Positions 37,800 to 48,200 are shown, counted from the stretch's first letter. The stretch: 64,000 nt of DNA from Anaerolineae bacterium (GCA_034434995.1 DAOTYF010000017.1:20060-84059); one strand, 5' to 3'. Numbers and translations are program-made. Notes: a model not told the origin generated them from the letters alone.

Positions 37800-40700
37800 A
37801 TGAGTGCTGTTGCTGCCTCGCCCAACGCCCGCGCGCTGATCGCGCGCCGCCTGCGCGCCCGTCGGCTGACCGATCAAGTCGCGCGTATCCTACTGATGGT
37901 CACGCTGACCATCACTGCCGCCGTCTACGTGGTCGTGCCCTTCCAGGCGATCACCTGGCTGCAAGGCCCCTTTATAGGCGTACTGCTCGAACCTCCCCAC
38001 CATGTTAATGGAACCTTCTCGCCGGTGGGCAATGTCTGGAGCGGCTTTGCAGCGGGGCTGGAAGTCGGCGACGAGATCGTGGCCGTAAACGGCGTGCCGG
38101 TCGATTCAGCCCGCGACGTCTACGCGGCAATCCGTGGCCTTCAGCCCAGCGACCAAGTGACTCTCGATGTGCGGGGGGCGGGCACACAGACTCACCAGTT
38201 AACCGTGCCGGTGATGCGACTCTCCACGCCGGACGTGCTGACGCTATTCGTTGTGCCATACCTCGTGGGGCTGGCCTTCCTGGCCATCGGCCTGTGGGTA
38301 TACCGCAACCGTCGAGATCAGGACATCGGGCGGGTGTTTATGCTGTTCAGTGCCTCACTGAGCCTGGTTCTCGCCACCACGTTCGACTACTGGACCACTC
38401 ACACCTTTGTGCGGCTGTGGGCCGCTGCGATCCCTTTTACGGCAGGCACGTTGATGGTCTATGCGCTGATCTTCCCTGCCGAAACGCCCCTGGTATCGGA
38501 TCACCCAGCGCTGCGCTGGTTGCCGATGGTGCTCTCGCTGGGGGTGCTGGTCTGGGCGCAGGTCACCATGGGCCTGTCCTATGCCGCACAGATGGCGGCC
38601 TTTGATCTCCAGTATCGCTTTGGGGGGTTAGCGATCCTGCTGTTCCTGGCCTCCCTGCTGGCCCGGTCGATGCTGGCGGCCTCGCCTGCCGTCCGCGAGC
38701 AGAGCCGGCTGGTGATCGGCGGATCGGTTCTGGCCTTTGCTCCCTTCATCGTGTGGATCGCAAACTGGCAGCTTCTATCCATCGTGATTGTGTTTGCCGC
38801 ATTCTTGCTATTCCCGCTGGCTATCGCCTACAGCATTCTCCAGTACAGCCAACTTGACACGGGCCGCTTGTTGAGTTTCACCGCCACTTATTCGATCATG
38901 GCAGCGGCAGTGGTGATCGGATACGGTCTGATCGTGGCCGGGATCAGCTTCCTGACCACCGCCGCGCTGGATGAGATGGCAGTGAACCCCCTGTTGGTGG
39001 GCCTGTTAGCATTTGTGCTGGTGCTGGTGTTCCAGCCCGTCCGGGACTGGCTTCAGCGTTTCATCGACCGTTTCTTCTTTCGCTCCCGCACAGAGTATCA
39101 GGAACGCCTGACGGCCTTCCGTCACGAGCTGACCCTTGCCAGCGGCCTGGATGAGATTGTCCGCCTGCTCAAGCAACAGCTCCGCGAGACGCTGATGCCG
39201 ACTCACATCTACATCTTTCTGCGCGACGCGCTCAGTGGCGAGTTCGTCGCGGCAGGCGAGGGTCATCGGCCTGACACCGATATCCGCTTTGAGCCATCCA
39301 GCGGTATGGTGCACGCCCTCAGCACCACCCGCGATGTGATCTTCATCGAGCCAGGCCGCCCGCTGCCCCCGGAGATGATCGAGGAACATGCGCGGCTGGC
39401 TATTCTTCGCACCCCGCTGATGGCCCCGTTGCAGGGTCAGGACCGTCTGGCCGGCTGGGTAGCCGTGGGAAGCAAGCGCTCCGGCGACCGCTTCACCATG
39501 GACGACGTGCGCTTCGTAGAGGCGCTGGCTGAGCAGGCTTCGTTGGCCGTCGAGCGCGCGCAGGTTATCGGCGACCTGGAACGGCGCGTCCGTGAGTTGG
39601 ACGTGCTCTCGCAGGTGTCGCAGGCGGTCAACTTCACCACCGACCCCAGTGTGCTGCTGGAATTGATCTATACCCAGACCAGCAAGCTGATCGATACTAC
39701 CAACTTCACCATTGTCCTGCACGATCCCGAAACCAAGACGCTCAGTTATGCCTACTTTGTGGAGCATGACGAGCGCAATGAGCTGCGCGAGGGGGAGCGC
39801 TGGCCGGATAATGAAGGGCTGGTCTCGGAGGTCATCCGCACAGGGCGCCCGATCCGCACCAATGACTTTCTGGCCGAATGCCAGCGCCTGAGCATCACCC
39901 CGCGCGAGGCCATCCCGCCCTTTGCTTGGATGGGCGTCCCGCTGAATGCTGGCGCGCGCACCCTGGGGGCGATGGTGGTGGCCAGCTTCACCCGCGGCGT
40001 CAACTTCACCGAGGATCAGCTCAAGATTTTCTGGGCCATCGCCGATCAGGCCGCCACCGCGCTCGACAAGGCCCGTCTGTTCACCGAGACGGAGACTCGC
40101 GCCCGTCAGCTTGCCAGCCTGAACGACATCAGTAAAGACCTCTCCTCGATGCTCGACTTGCAGCCGCTGCTGGAGCGCATTATCAAGGCGGCGGTGGATA
40201 TTATCGGCACCGAGGCGGGAACGCTGTTCCTGGTTGATGAAGCAACCCAGGAACTGGTCTTCCGGGTGGTGGAGGGCGGCGCACAGAACCTGATCGGCAG
40301 GCGGCTCCCCGCAGGCGCCGGGATCGTGGGTGAGGCCGCCATCACCGGCCAGCCAGTGGTCGTTAACAACGTCCTTCAGGATCATCGCTGGTACAGTGAT
40401 GTGGACCGTGAGACCGAGTTCCAGACCCACGCTCTGTTGGCCGTCCCGCTGCTGATTCAGGACAAGGCAATCGGCGTGCTGGAGGTGATCAACAAGCGCG
40501 ACGGATCGGCCTTCGACGACGAAGACATATCCCTGCTGACCACCTTTGCCGCCCAGGCATCGGTGGCGATCCAGAATGCCCGCCTGTACGAGGCCACCGA
40601 TGCCGCGCTTTCTGAGCGCGTGGATGAGCTGCAGAACCTCCAGCGCATCGACCGCGAGTTGAACCGCACCCTGCGCCTCGACCGCGTCGTCCAGATCACC

Positions 40701-41855
40701 CTGGACTGGGCACTGCGCACCACCGGTGCGGCGGCGGGTGCGGTCGTTATGCTCGGTGCAGGCGGAGAGGGCATTCGGGTGCTGGCCTCCAGCGGCTATC
40801 GTGATGGCTTCAAGGGCGTTGTCGAAGACGGGGGAAAGGCTGTGGGCGCGCTGGCCCGAGTCCTTTCGAGCGGTAGGCCGGAGTTTGTGCGCCGCGCCAT
40901 CGCTGACCCCCATGATATGACCGACACCGGCCTGGGCGCCGAGGCCCAGATCGTCGTGCCGTTGATGCGCGCCAGCCAGCCCGTCGGAGCCTTGATTCTA
41001 GAGAGCACCGTCCCCGATCTGCTCGACGATCAGGACTTTGAGTTTACCCAGCGCCTGGTGGAACATGCTGCGGTGGCGATTGAGAATGCCCGTCTGCTTC
41101 AGGAGGTTGAGGAAGCCAATCGCTCCAAGACCGAGTTTATCTCCTTCGTGGCCCATGAACTGAAAAACCCCATGACCTCGATCCGCGGCTACACCGACCT
41201 GTTGCGCGGCGGCCAGGTCGGCCCGGTCACCGACGTGCAGGCGCAGTTCCTCAGCACGATCCGCTCCAATGTGGATCGTATGACCCGCCTCGTATCCGAT
41301 CTGGCCGACATGGCCCGCATCGAAGCGGGCCAGTTGCGCCTGGAGATGTCACCGATCTCGGTCAAGGTGGTGGTTGAGGAGACCCTGCGCGGCCTGGCGG
41401 GTCAAATTGCGGAGAAAAATCAAGAGTTGATCGTTGAGGTGCCCGACGACCTACCACCCATCATGGCGGACCATACCCGGATGGTGCAGGTGCTCACCAA
41501 CCTTGTTTCCAACGCGCACAAGTACACGCCTGAGGGCGGCAAGATATGGGTTGGCGCTCAGCGGCTCGTCGCCCCTGTGGATGGGGGCACGCAAGAGGTG
41601 ATCCACCACTGGGTCAGAGATACCGGCATCGGCATGACTCCCGACGAGCTATCCCAATTGTTCACCAAGTTCTTCCGCTCCCAGCGCGGTAAGGACATGG
41701 CGCAAGGCACGGGCCTGGGCCTGAACATCACCAAGAACCTCGTCGAACGCCATGCGGGAGCGATCTGGGTCGAGAGCGAAGTGGGGCACGGCACAACCTT
41801 CCACTTCACCATCCCCGTTGCGGTCGAGGAGGCAGAGAAAGCGGCAACCAACTGA
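37800..41855 (+). CDS. Sensor histidine kinase: PDZ, about 10 TM, 4 GAF, HisKA, HATPase
   Basis: PDZ (GLEVGDEIVAVNG), four GAF-like repeats, H-box AHELKNPMTSI, NAHKY, DTGIG, GTGLGL. Confidence 0.95.
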   Translation: MSAVAASPNARALIARRLRARRLTDQVARILLMVTLTITAAVYVVVPFQAITWLQGPFIGVLLEPPHHVNGTFSPVGNVWSGFAAGLEVGDEIVAVNGVPVDSARDVYAAIRGLQPSDQVTLDVRGAGTQTHQLTVPVMRLSTPDVLTLFVVPYLVGLAFLAIGLWVYRNRRDQDIGRVFMLFSASLSLVLATTFDYWTTHTFVRLWAAAIPFTAGTLMVYALIFPAETPLVSDHPALRWLPMVLSLGVLVWAQVTMGLSYAAQMAAFDLQYRFGGLAILLFLASLLARSMLAASPAVREQSRLVIGGSVLAFAPFIVWIANWQLLSIVIVFAAFLLFPLAIAYSILQYSQLDTGRLLSFTATYSIMAAAVVIGYGLIVAGISFLTTAALDEMAVNPLLVGLLAFVLVLVFQPVRDWLQRFIDRFFFRSRTEYQERLTAFRHELTLASGLDEIVRLLKQQLRETLMPTHIYIFLRDALSGEFVAAGEGHRPDTDIRFEPSSGMVHALSTTRDVIFIEPGRPLPPEMIEEHARLAILRTPLMAPLQGQDRLAGWVAVGSKRSGDRFTMDDVRFVEALAEQASLAVERAQVIGDLERRVRELDVLSQVSQAVNFTTDPSVLLELIYTQTSKLIDTTNFTIVLHDPETKTLSYAYFVEHDERNELREGERWPDNEGLVSEVIRTGRPIRTNDFLAECQRLSITPREAIPPFAWMGVPLNAGARTLGAMVVASFTRGVNFTEDQLKIFWAIADQAATALDKARLFTETETRARQLASLNDISKDLSSMLDLQPLLERIIKAAVDIIGTEAGTLFLVDEATQELVFRVVEGGAQNLIGRRLPAGAGIVGEAAITGQPVVVNNVLQDHRWYSDVDRETEFQTHALLAVPLLIQDKAIGVLEVINKRDGSAFDDEDISLLTTFAAQASVAIQNARLYEATDAALSERVDELQNLQRIDRELNRTLRLDRVVQITLDWALRTTGAAAGAVVMLGAGGEGIRVLASSGYRDGFKGVVEDGGKAVGALARVLSSGRPEFVRRAIADPHDMTDTGLGAEAQIVVPLMRASQPVGALILESTVPDLLDDQDFEFTQRLVEHAAVAIENARLLQEVEEANRSKTEFISFVAHELKNPMTSIRGYTDLLRGGQVGPVTDVQAQFLSTIRSNVDRMTRLVSDLADMARIEAGQLRLEMSPISVKVVVEETLRGLAGQIAEKNQELIVEVPDDLPPIMADHTRMVQVLTNLVSNAHKYTPEGGKIWVGAQRLVAPVDGGTQEVIHHWVRDTGIGMTPDELSQLFTKFFRSQRGKDMAQGTGLGLNITKNLVERHAGAIWVESEVGHGTTFHFTIPVAVEEAEKAATN

Positions 41856-41948
41856 GCCGGCCTGCCCCACCAGCGCTGGACAGCCCTTCCGCTCTCCTGA
41901 CTCCTTTAGGCAGTTGAGGGGACATGCTTTTGCGTTATACTCTCCGCC

Positions 41949-42848
41949 ATGTCGGAACTCGAACGCGCCGCGCCCCGCCTCAACATCCCCCTCCAGTTAT
42001 GGGCTGGCCTGCTGCTGATCGCGGTCGCCTGGCCGTTGAACTGGGCACTGCCTGGTCACCGCACCCACCTGCTATTCTTCCCACTGTGGCTGGGCTACTC
42101 GCTGTTCATAGATGGTCTGGTCCTCCTCCGCAAAGGTAGCTCCCTCCTCACCCGCGACTGGCGTAGGTACATCGGCCTGTTCCTAATCTCCGCCCCGGCG
42201 TGGTGGCTATTCGAACTGCTCAACTGGCGCACCGGCAATTGGGAGTACATCGGGCGTGACGCCTTCAGCGACCTGGAGTACGCCGCCTTAGCCTCCCTCA
42301 GCTTCTCGACCGTCATCCCAGCCGTGTTTGGCACGACGGAACTGGTCAGCACCTTCCGCTGGGTGAAGCAACTCGGCCCCGGCCCGCGCCTGCGCCCTGT
42401 GCGCCCGGTTGTGCTGGGCTTGTTCCTGATGGGCTGGGCGATGCTGGCACTGCTGTTGGCCTGGCCGCGACTCTTTTTTCCGTTCCTGTGGCTGTCCATC
42501 TACTTCATCCTGGAACCGCTCAACGCCTGGCTGGGCCATCCTAACCTCGGCGACTTCACAGCTCGCCGCGACTGGCGACCTGTTGTGGCAATATGGATCG
42601 GTACGCTGACGTGCGGCTTCTTCTGGGAGCTATGGAACTTCTATGCCTTCCCCAAGTGGGTATACCACGTGCCAGTGGTCGATTTTCTCCCCCTCTTTGA
42701 AATGCCGATCCTGGGTTATAGCGGCTACCTGCCGTTCGGGATGGAGTTATTCGCCCTATACCACCTGATCGTGGGCATCATTGAGCCTTCTGCACGCGCG
42801 TACATCCAGATCGGCGATCCCTCACCCTCGGAGCCAAACATCGCGTGA
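41949..42848 (+). CDS. Conserved hypothetical integral membrane protein
   Basis: About 8 TM. Internal repeat WWLFELLN..GNWEY / FFWELWN...KWVY. Confidence 0.8.
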   Translation: MSELERAAPRLNIPLQLWAGLLLIAVAWPLNWALPGHRTHLLFFPLWLGYSLFIDGLVLLRKGSSLLTRDWRRYIGLFLISAPAWWLFELLNWRTGNWEYIGRDAFSDLEYAALASLSFSTVIPAVFGTTELVSTFRWVKQLGPGPRLRPVRPVVLGLFLMGWAMLALLLAWPRLFFPFLWLSIYFILEPLNAWLGHPNLGDFTARRDWRPVVAIWIGTLTCGFFWELWNFYAFPKWVYHVPVVDFLPLFEMPILGYSGYLPFGMELFALYHLIVGIIEPSARAYIQIGDPSPSEPNIA

Positions 42849-43519
42849 GACGAATGTCTGTAAACGGCGCAGCGCTGCTGACCGCCGCCTTATTGCTGAT
42901 CGCCTGTAACCGGCCCGCTCCTGCGCGACCTGGGGACGACCCAACCGCGCACAGGGGCGCCGATCCCGATCCGACCCTCGCGGCAACGGACGCGGACGTT
43001 GTTCCGCCGACCCCAGCCGAACAGACCACCACCCCCACCCCCCTGCCTGATCCGCCCACCGGATGGGCGGCCTATGAGAGTCCAGAGCTGCGACTGTCAC
43101 TGTACGTCCCACCAGGTTGGGAGATCGTGCCGGTCAGCCCTGCCAAGCTCGATCTGCGCCAGACGGGAGCAGACGGCTGGGTCGAGATCAACACATTGAA
43201 CGAGGCAAACGCCTTTGAGTGGAGTCTGGTCTACACGCCCGGCATGGATGGGCAGGCGATTCTGGAGACGCTGCTCACCGCCGCCCGCGAGGATGGGATG
43301 TTTGATGCGCCGCGCTCTACTCCGTTACGCACTGGCATGGCAGCTTGGTTGGCCGAGGGGACATACGAACCGCTATCGGATCATGTGCTGATCGGGGTGA
43401 TCGGTCTGCCAGAACGGGCGTTGATTCTGATCGGTCATGCCCCCAACGACGAGGATGGATGGGATGCTGGCCTGATCACAATGTACCAGACCATCATGTG
43501 GACAATCCAGCCGCGCTGA
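42845..43519 (+). CDS. Hypothetical lipoprotein
   Basis: Lipobox LIAC, PT-rich linker, GTGA overlap with the upstream gene. Confidence 0.7.
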   Translation: MRRMSVNGAALLTAALLLIACNRPAPARPGDDPTAHRGADPDPTLAATDADVVPPTPAEQTTTPTPLPDPPTGWAAYESPELRLSLYVPPGWEIVPVSPAKLDLRQTGADGWVEINTLNEANAFEWSLVYTPGMDGQAILETLLTAAREDGMFDAPRSTPLRTGMAAWLAEGTYEPLSDHVLIGVIGLPERALILIGHAPNDEDGWDAGLITMYQTIMWTIQPR

Positions 43520-43577
43520 CGTATGGCCGGGGCACTGTAACCTAGCAGGCTCCTCCCATCACGAAGTCTGGCGGGAA

Positions 43578-44519
43578 TCAGGCGCTCGCCTTGCGCCGCC
43601 ATTCTTCAATGATCGGCGGGTAGCCAGCATGGTAGGTGCGGTAGCGCGGCGCAAATCCCAGCGATTCCTTGGCCTTTTGATTGCTCATCCGCACCGAAAG
43701 CTGCAACGGCGCCGCGTTGACCCGACCCAGGTATGGCATCAGCGCGCCGGTCTTGCCCTTGAGAAGCGGTGGCGGCCCGCCGACCCATTTCGCCAGATCG
43801 CGAAATAACGTGGCCTTCTGCACCGGCTCGTCATCACACACATTGAACGTCTGCCCGGCTGGCGACCGCTCCAGTGCCAGCCGGATCGCCTGGGCGGCAT
43901 CCTCGACGTGCAGATGCGGCCAGTATGCCTCCCCCGCCGAGCCGATAGGGGCCTGACCGTTCTTCAGCGCGTACAGCAGCCCTCGCGTGTGGGAGGCCTC
44001 CTCCGAATACACCAGCCCCATCCTCAGCACCACCCCCGCCGAACGCCGCCGACGGGTGGAATCCATCAGCAGCCCTTCAGCCTCAACGTACCACTCCGAC
44101 GCGCTGTCGGGAGCCAGGGGAGTCTCCTCGGTGACCCACTCCTCGCCATGGTCGCCATACACTGAGTAGATGCTGGGAAAGACCACCGTCCGCACGCCCG
44201 AAAGCTCGCTGGCCTCCAACAGGTGGCGCAACATCGCCACCACCAGCTTGCCCGAATGCACCCAGTCGTCCTCAATCGGGGCATCATTGGTGGGCATCCC
44301 GGTTGCCAGGTGGACGATGGCATGGATCGTCACCAACGCCTCCGCCAACCGCTCCACGTCGTAGCCCTGACCGGAATGGCTAACCGCGCGCATGGCCGAC
44401 AGCATGGATCGGCTGGCATCGTTGCGAGCCAGCCCGATCACATCGTGCCCATGCCGCAGCAGTTCCGGCACCAGCGACCGCCCGATCAAGCCAGTAGCAC
44501 CTGTGATGAAGATTCGCAT
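43578..44519 (-). CDS. NAD-dependent epimerase/dehydratase family (atypical SDR)
   Basis: TGATGLIG, SIYSVYG, HLHVEDAAQA. Confidence 0.9.
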   Translation of the reverse strand: MRIFITGATGLIGRSLVPELLRHGHDVIGLARNDASRSMLSAMRAVSHSGQGYDVERLAEALVTIHAIVHLATGMPTNDAPIEDDWVHSGKLVVAMLRHLLEASELSGVRTVVFPSIYSVYGDHGEEWVTEETPLAPDSASEWYVEAEGLLMDSTRRRRSAGVVLRMGLVYSEEASHTRGLLYALKNGQAPIGSAGEAYWPHLHVEDAAQAIRLALERSPAGQTFNVCDDEPVQKATLFRDLAKWVGGPPPLLKGKTGALMPYLGRVNAAPLQLSVRMSNQKAKESLGFAPRYRTYHAGYPPIIEEWRRKASA

Positions 44520-44528
44520 CGCGCACCC

Positions 44529-44948
44529 CTAGCGTGTGCTGCTGAAAGTGTGCATCAGCAGGCCAGCCCGCGCAAGCAGGGGCGGCCCCAAGATCAGCAG
44601 CCCGACGACCACCGCTGTCCCTGCTGTGACCAGCACTGCCGCCGCCGCCACATCTTTGGCAGCCTTTGCCAGTGGGTGAAGGCCCGGACTGGCAAGGTCA
44701 ACGACTGCTTCCAGCGCTGTATTGATGAACTCGGCCATCCACACCAGGCCAGTGGCCAACGCCAGGATCGCCCACTCGACCGGCGTCAGGCCCAGCCATA
44801 GCCCGGTCAGCAACGCCGCGAGGGTGAAAAAGGCGTGGATCCAGGCATTGCGCTGACTGCGCAGCACGTAGCTCCAGCCGGCGAAGGCGTGCTGGAAGCT
44901 ATCCAGCCGGTTGGCGCTGCGGTGAGGTACATCCCCGGGGTCAGCCAT
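44529..44948 (-). CDS. dgkA: Diacylglycerol/undecaprenol kinase
   Basis: SFQHAFAG...NAWIH...EFINTALEAVVD...AKDVAAAAV. Confidence 0.92.
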   Translation of the reverse strand: MADPGDVPHRSANRLDSFQHAFAGWSYVLRSQRNAWIHAFFTLAALLTGLWLGLTPVEWAILALATGLVWMAEFINTALEAVVDLASPGLHPLAKAAKDVAAAAVLVTAGTAVVVGLLILGPPLLARAGLLMHTFSSTR

Positions 44949-45412
44949 CACGCCCCCCCCGCTCGCAGCGCATCCATCGCCGCTGATTGCAATGCCCACA
45001 TCTCTGCCTGATGGTCTGGTGTATCGTGATCGTAGCCCAGCAGGTGCAGCGTGCCGTGAATCGCCAGCAATTGCAACTCAGCCATCAACGAATGGTTCGC
45101 TGCATGGGCCTGCCGCGCGGCCACTGGGTAGGCGATCACCACGTCTCCCAAGTAGGGGGGGTCGCCGGGATCGGTGGCATATGGCTCGTCCTCGGCGGGA
45201 AACGACAGCACATCGGTGACGGCATCCTCCCCTGCATAATCACGGTTTAACTGCCGCACTTCTGCTTCACTGGCCAGGATCACCGTCAACGCCAGCGGTG
45301 GTTGTGCGCCTGCCACGTCCAGCGCACACCATGCTGCCAGCCGGATAGGCTCCACGTCCACCTTATAGATTTCCTTAACAGACGTATAGATGGTGTATTC
45401 TGGATCGGTCAT
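44948..45412 (-). CDS. ybeY: rRNA maturation RNase YbeY
   Basis: LNRDY...TDVLSFP, LGDVVI, HGTLHLLGYDH. Confidence 0.95.
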   Translation of the reverse strand: MTDPEYTIYTSVKEIYKVDVEPIRLAAWCALDVAGAQPPLALTVILASEAEVRQLNRDYAGEDAVTDVLSFPAEDEPYATDPGDPPYLGDVVIAYPVAARQAHAANHSLMAELQLLAIHGTLHLLGYDHDTPDHQAEMWALQSAAMDALRAGGA

Positions 45413-45419
45413 GAGCGCT

Positions 45420-47603
45420 CTATTGATCAATCCCGAGGTGGTTGATCGCCACCTCCTTGCCGGACGGCAGCTCGCCCGCATAGCTTGATCCGAGCCGGGT
45501 CGGCTCCTCGTCGCCAGGATAGCGGATGCGGGGGTGATACATGCCCATCAGCGTGCGAACGAACGTCTCCTTGATGATCCGGATATCGGTCAGTGTAAGG
45601 CCCGATTCATCAAGCTGATGCTGGTCAAGGCGTTGCTGAATGATTCGGGTGACGATGGCCTCCATCTCCTCCTGAGTGGCCGGACGGTTCGCGCGAACCG
45701 CGCTCTCGCAGCCATCAGCCAACATCAGAATGGCGGTCTCCTTGCTTTGCGGAAGCGGGCCATCGTAGTGGAACTCGCGTTCGTCGAGCGTGACGCCGGC
45801 TGCCGCGGCGTGCTCGCGGGCACGGGCCAAAAAAAAGGCAATGGGGGTCGTGCCATGGTGCTCTGGGATAAAGGCGGCGATGCGTGGCGGCAGCCGATAC
45901 TTGCGAGCCAGCCTGATTCCCTCAGCCACATGCGACCTGACGATCCGGGCGCTATCTAGAGGATCAAGGCCGTCGTGCGGGTTGAGGCTGAGTTCAGTGC
46001 GATTCTCAATGAAAAAGCCAGGGTTGCTCATCTTGCCGATATCGTGGTACAGCGTGCCGATCCGCGCCACCACACTATCCGCGCCGATGGCCTCCGCAGC
46101 CGCTTCCACCAGGTTGGCGACAGACAGCGTATGCTGGTATGAGCCGAGCGCCTCCCGCTGCATTCGCCGCTGGAGAGGATGATCGGGCCGCATCAGGTCA
46201 ATAAGCTGGATGGTGGTAGTGATTCCGGTGATGTTCCCCACAACGAACAGGATAACCAGCGCCAATCCCGCCGAGAGCAACCCATTCAGCACCGTGATCA
46301 ACCCGAGCCGGAGCAGTTGCGCTGAGCTGGCATGGGCAGGCAACTGGAACACCAGCAAGGCCCCCATACCGCCTACCGCAGCAGCGATCCCTGCCAGGAA
46401 GTAGTTATTCAGACGGGCATCGCGGCGTAGGCTCCCAGCAGCGAGCAGCCCGCTCACCGCAGTGAAGCTGGCAGCCTCAAACGAGCCGCCCGCCAGCGCT
46501 CCCACCAGCCCTGCCAAAACGATAGTGGCCACAACGGCAAACTGCAACCCAACCAGCGCTGTCACCGCCAGCGATAGCGCCGCTGCCGGAAACAGATAAC
46601 CGACGGAAGCCTGTCCCGGCACCACGATCTGCGCGGCGGCCAGGAAGATCAAAAACAGCACGCACAGTACCAACACATGGTCAGCCCGATCCGCCCAGCG
46701 CGGGTGAAAAGCTGCCATATACGCCACGAACATCGCCAGCGCCAGCAAGCTGGCGGTCAGAGCGCTGGCAATGTCGTTCCAATCCATCTGTGCCGTTGCC
46801 AGCCGCAGAGCCACCAGGGCTTCCATATCCAGTTCGTCGAGGCGCTCCCCGGCACGCACAACTATCTCACCTGGCTGAAACGTGTGGCGTATTTCGCGCA
46901 CAGCCGCTTCCGCCTCGGCGCGGGCGGCCTCGGTGGCCATCTCATTGAGGGCGCTATTGGGGACGATCAGCTCGCTTGCCAGGGTGACCGTCAATGGAAT
47001 GAGATTCTCATCCAGATCGGTGCTGACCCTCAGCTCCAGGCGGCTGATAGCCTCTTCGGTGCGCCCCTCGCGCACCGGACCGCTCATGGCCTCCTCGACC
47101 AGAGTGACGATCTCGCGCTCCACCTGCTCGAACTGGGTGCTGCTGATCGTCAGCAGGCTGGATTGCGCCGCGTTGGAGAGGTTAAGGCCCGTGATCTGGC
47201 TGAGGTAGTGCCTACGAAGGGCCTCGTCCGCATAAGGATCGGCCCGCACGTCCTGGACAAAGTCCATGATCTGCCGCGCGCGGCGCACCTGCTGCCGTCC
47301 CACGCGCGGGTCAGCAGGATCATATACATCTGCCACGGCTGCCCTGGCCGCCTCGCGGGCCTCTTGAGTTTCGATCAGGCTGACATAGGTGATCTGGCGG
47401 GGCGCGCGGATGTCCTCGGGCGCGACATCACCCGCTTGCAGGTTGTAGGGGCTGCGAATGGGCAAAATAGGGAACAACAAGATCGCCGTCGCGCCCGTCA
47501 CAAACAACAGGCTGATCAGGATCAGCGGCATGGCACGCCACACCGACAGCGCAGCGCCTGCTTGCTTCCCCTGACGGTTCCCCCCAGCGCGTGACTTGCC
47601 CAC
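45420..47603 (-). CDS. pgpH: 7TM-HD phosphohydrolase (PgpH-like c-di-AMP phosphodiesterase)
   Basis: Extracellular 7TM-HDE domain, 7 TM, HTLSVANL...YHDIGK...HHGT...DGCE. Lies before ybeY-dgkA as in Firmicutes. Confidence 0.85.
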   Translation of the reverse strand: MGKSRAGGNRQGKQAGAALSVWRAMPLILISLLFVTGATAILLFPILPIRSPYNLQAGDVAPEDIRAPRQITYVSLIETQEAREAARAAVADVYDPADPRVGRQQVRRARQIMDFVQDVRADPYADEALRRHYLSQITGLNLSNAAQSSLLTISSTQFEQVEREIVTLVEEAMSGPVREGRTEEAISRLELRVSTDLDENLIPLTVTLASELIVPNSALNEMATEAARAEAEAAVREIRHTFQPGEIVVRAGERLDELDMEALVALRLATAQMDWNDIASALTASLLALAMFVAYMAAFHPRWADRADHVLVLCVLFLIFLAAAQIVVPGQASVGYLFPAAALSLAVTALVGLQFAVVATIVLAGLVGALAGGSFEAASFTAVSGLLAAGSLRRDARLNNYFLAGIAAAVGGMGALLVFQLPAHASSAQLLRLGLITVLNGLLSAGLALVILFVVGNITGITTTIQLIDLMRPDHPLQRRMQREALGSYQHTLSVANLVEAAAEAIGADSVVARIGTLYHDIGKMSNPGFFIENRTELSLNPHDGLDPLDSARIVRSHVAEGIRLARKYRLPPRIAAFIPEHHGTTPIAFFLARAREHAAAAGVTLDEREFHYDGPLPQSKETAILMLADGCESAVRANRPATQEEMEAIVTRIIQQRLDQHQLDESGLTLTDIRIIKETFVRTLMGMYHPRIRYPGDEEPTRLGSSYAGELPSGKEVAINHLGIDQ

Positions 47604-47624
47604 GGCGTGCTCCGCAGCGGAACG

Positions 47625-48200
47625 CTATTTCGCCAGCAGGTTCCGCACCACGTCACTGACCAGCTTTCCATCGGCGCGGCCCTGCAGGCGCGCCATCAGC
47701 GGTCCCATCACCTTCCCCATATCGCGTGCGTCGGATGCGCCCACCTCGGCGATCACGGCTTGGGCTGCCACCTCGATCTCCTCACGGCTCATCTGTTTGG
47801 GCAGATAGCTCTCCAGCAACCTCAACTCATGGGTTTCAGCGGCCAGAATATCGCTCCGACCTGCCTGCGAGGCTTGCTCGATGGACTCCTGGCGCTGCTT
47901 GACCATCCTCTGCAACACGGCCATCACCTCGCCCTCATCAAGGGCGCTCTCCGCTTCCACGTTTTCCGCTGCCAGCGCCGCGTCAACCGTCCTGTTGTAC
48001 GCAGCAAGGCTGGCTTCGTCAGTCGTCGCCGGCTTGGCAACACCGTGCTTTTTCAGCGCCTGCTTGGCGAGTTCCTCGCGCTTGCGCTGCTCGGCGTCTT
48101 TCAGTGCGGCCATCACGCCCCGGATCAGAGTCTTACGCGCTTCGTCGCCGCTCTTCATGGCTTCCTTCAGGTCAGCCTGGAGTTGATCACGAAAGGACAT
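47625..48200 (-). CDS. yqeY: GatB/YqeY domain protein with an internal insertion
   Basis: LKEAMKSGD...VKQRQESIEQ...YLPKQMS...DMGKVMG...ADGK. Confidence 0.9.
   Translation of the reverse strand: MSFRDQLQADLKEAMKSGDEARKTLIRGVMAALKDAEQRKREELAKQALKKHGVAKPATTDEASLAAYNRTVDAALAAENVEAESALDEGEVMAVLQRMVKQRQESIEQASQAGRSDILAAETHELRLLESYLPKQMSREEIEVAAQAVIAEVGASDARDMGKVMGPLMARLQGRADGKLVSDVVRNLLAK

Noticed and set aside
39006-40913. Long antisense ORFs (635 aa here; also 59057-60406, 8024-8554 and others)
   Set aside because: Shadow frames of well-supported GC-rich genes, with no recognisable motifs or RBS.
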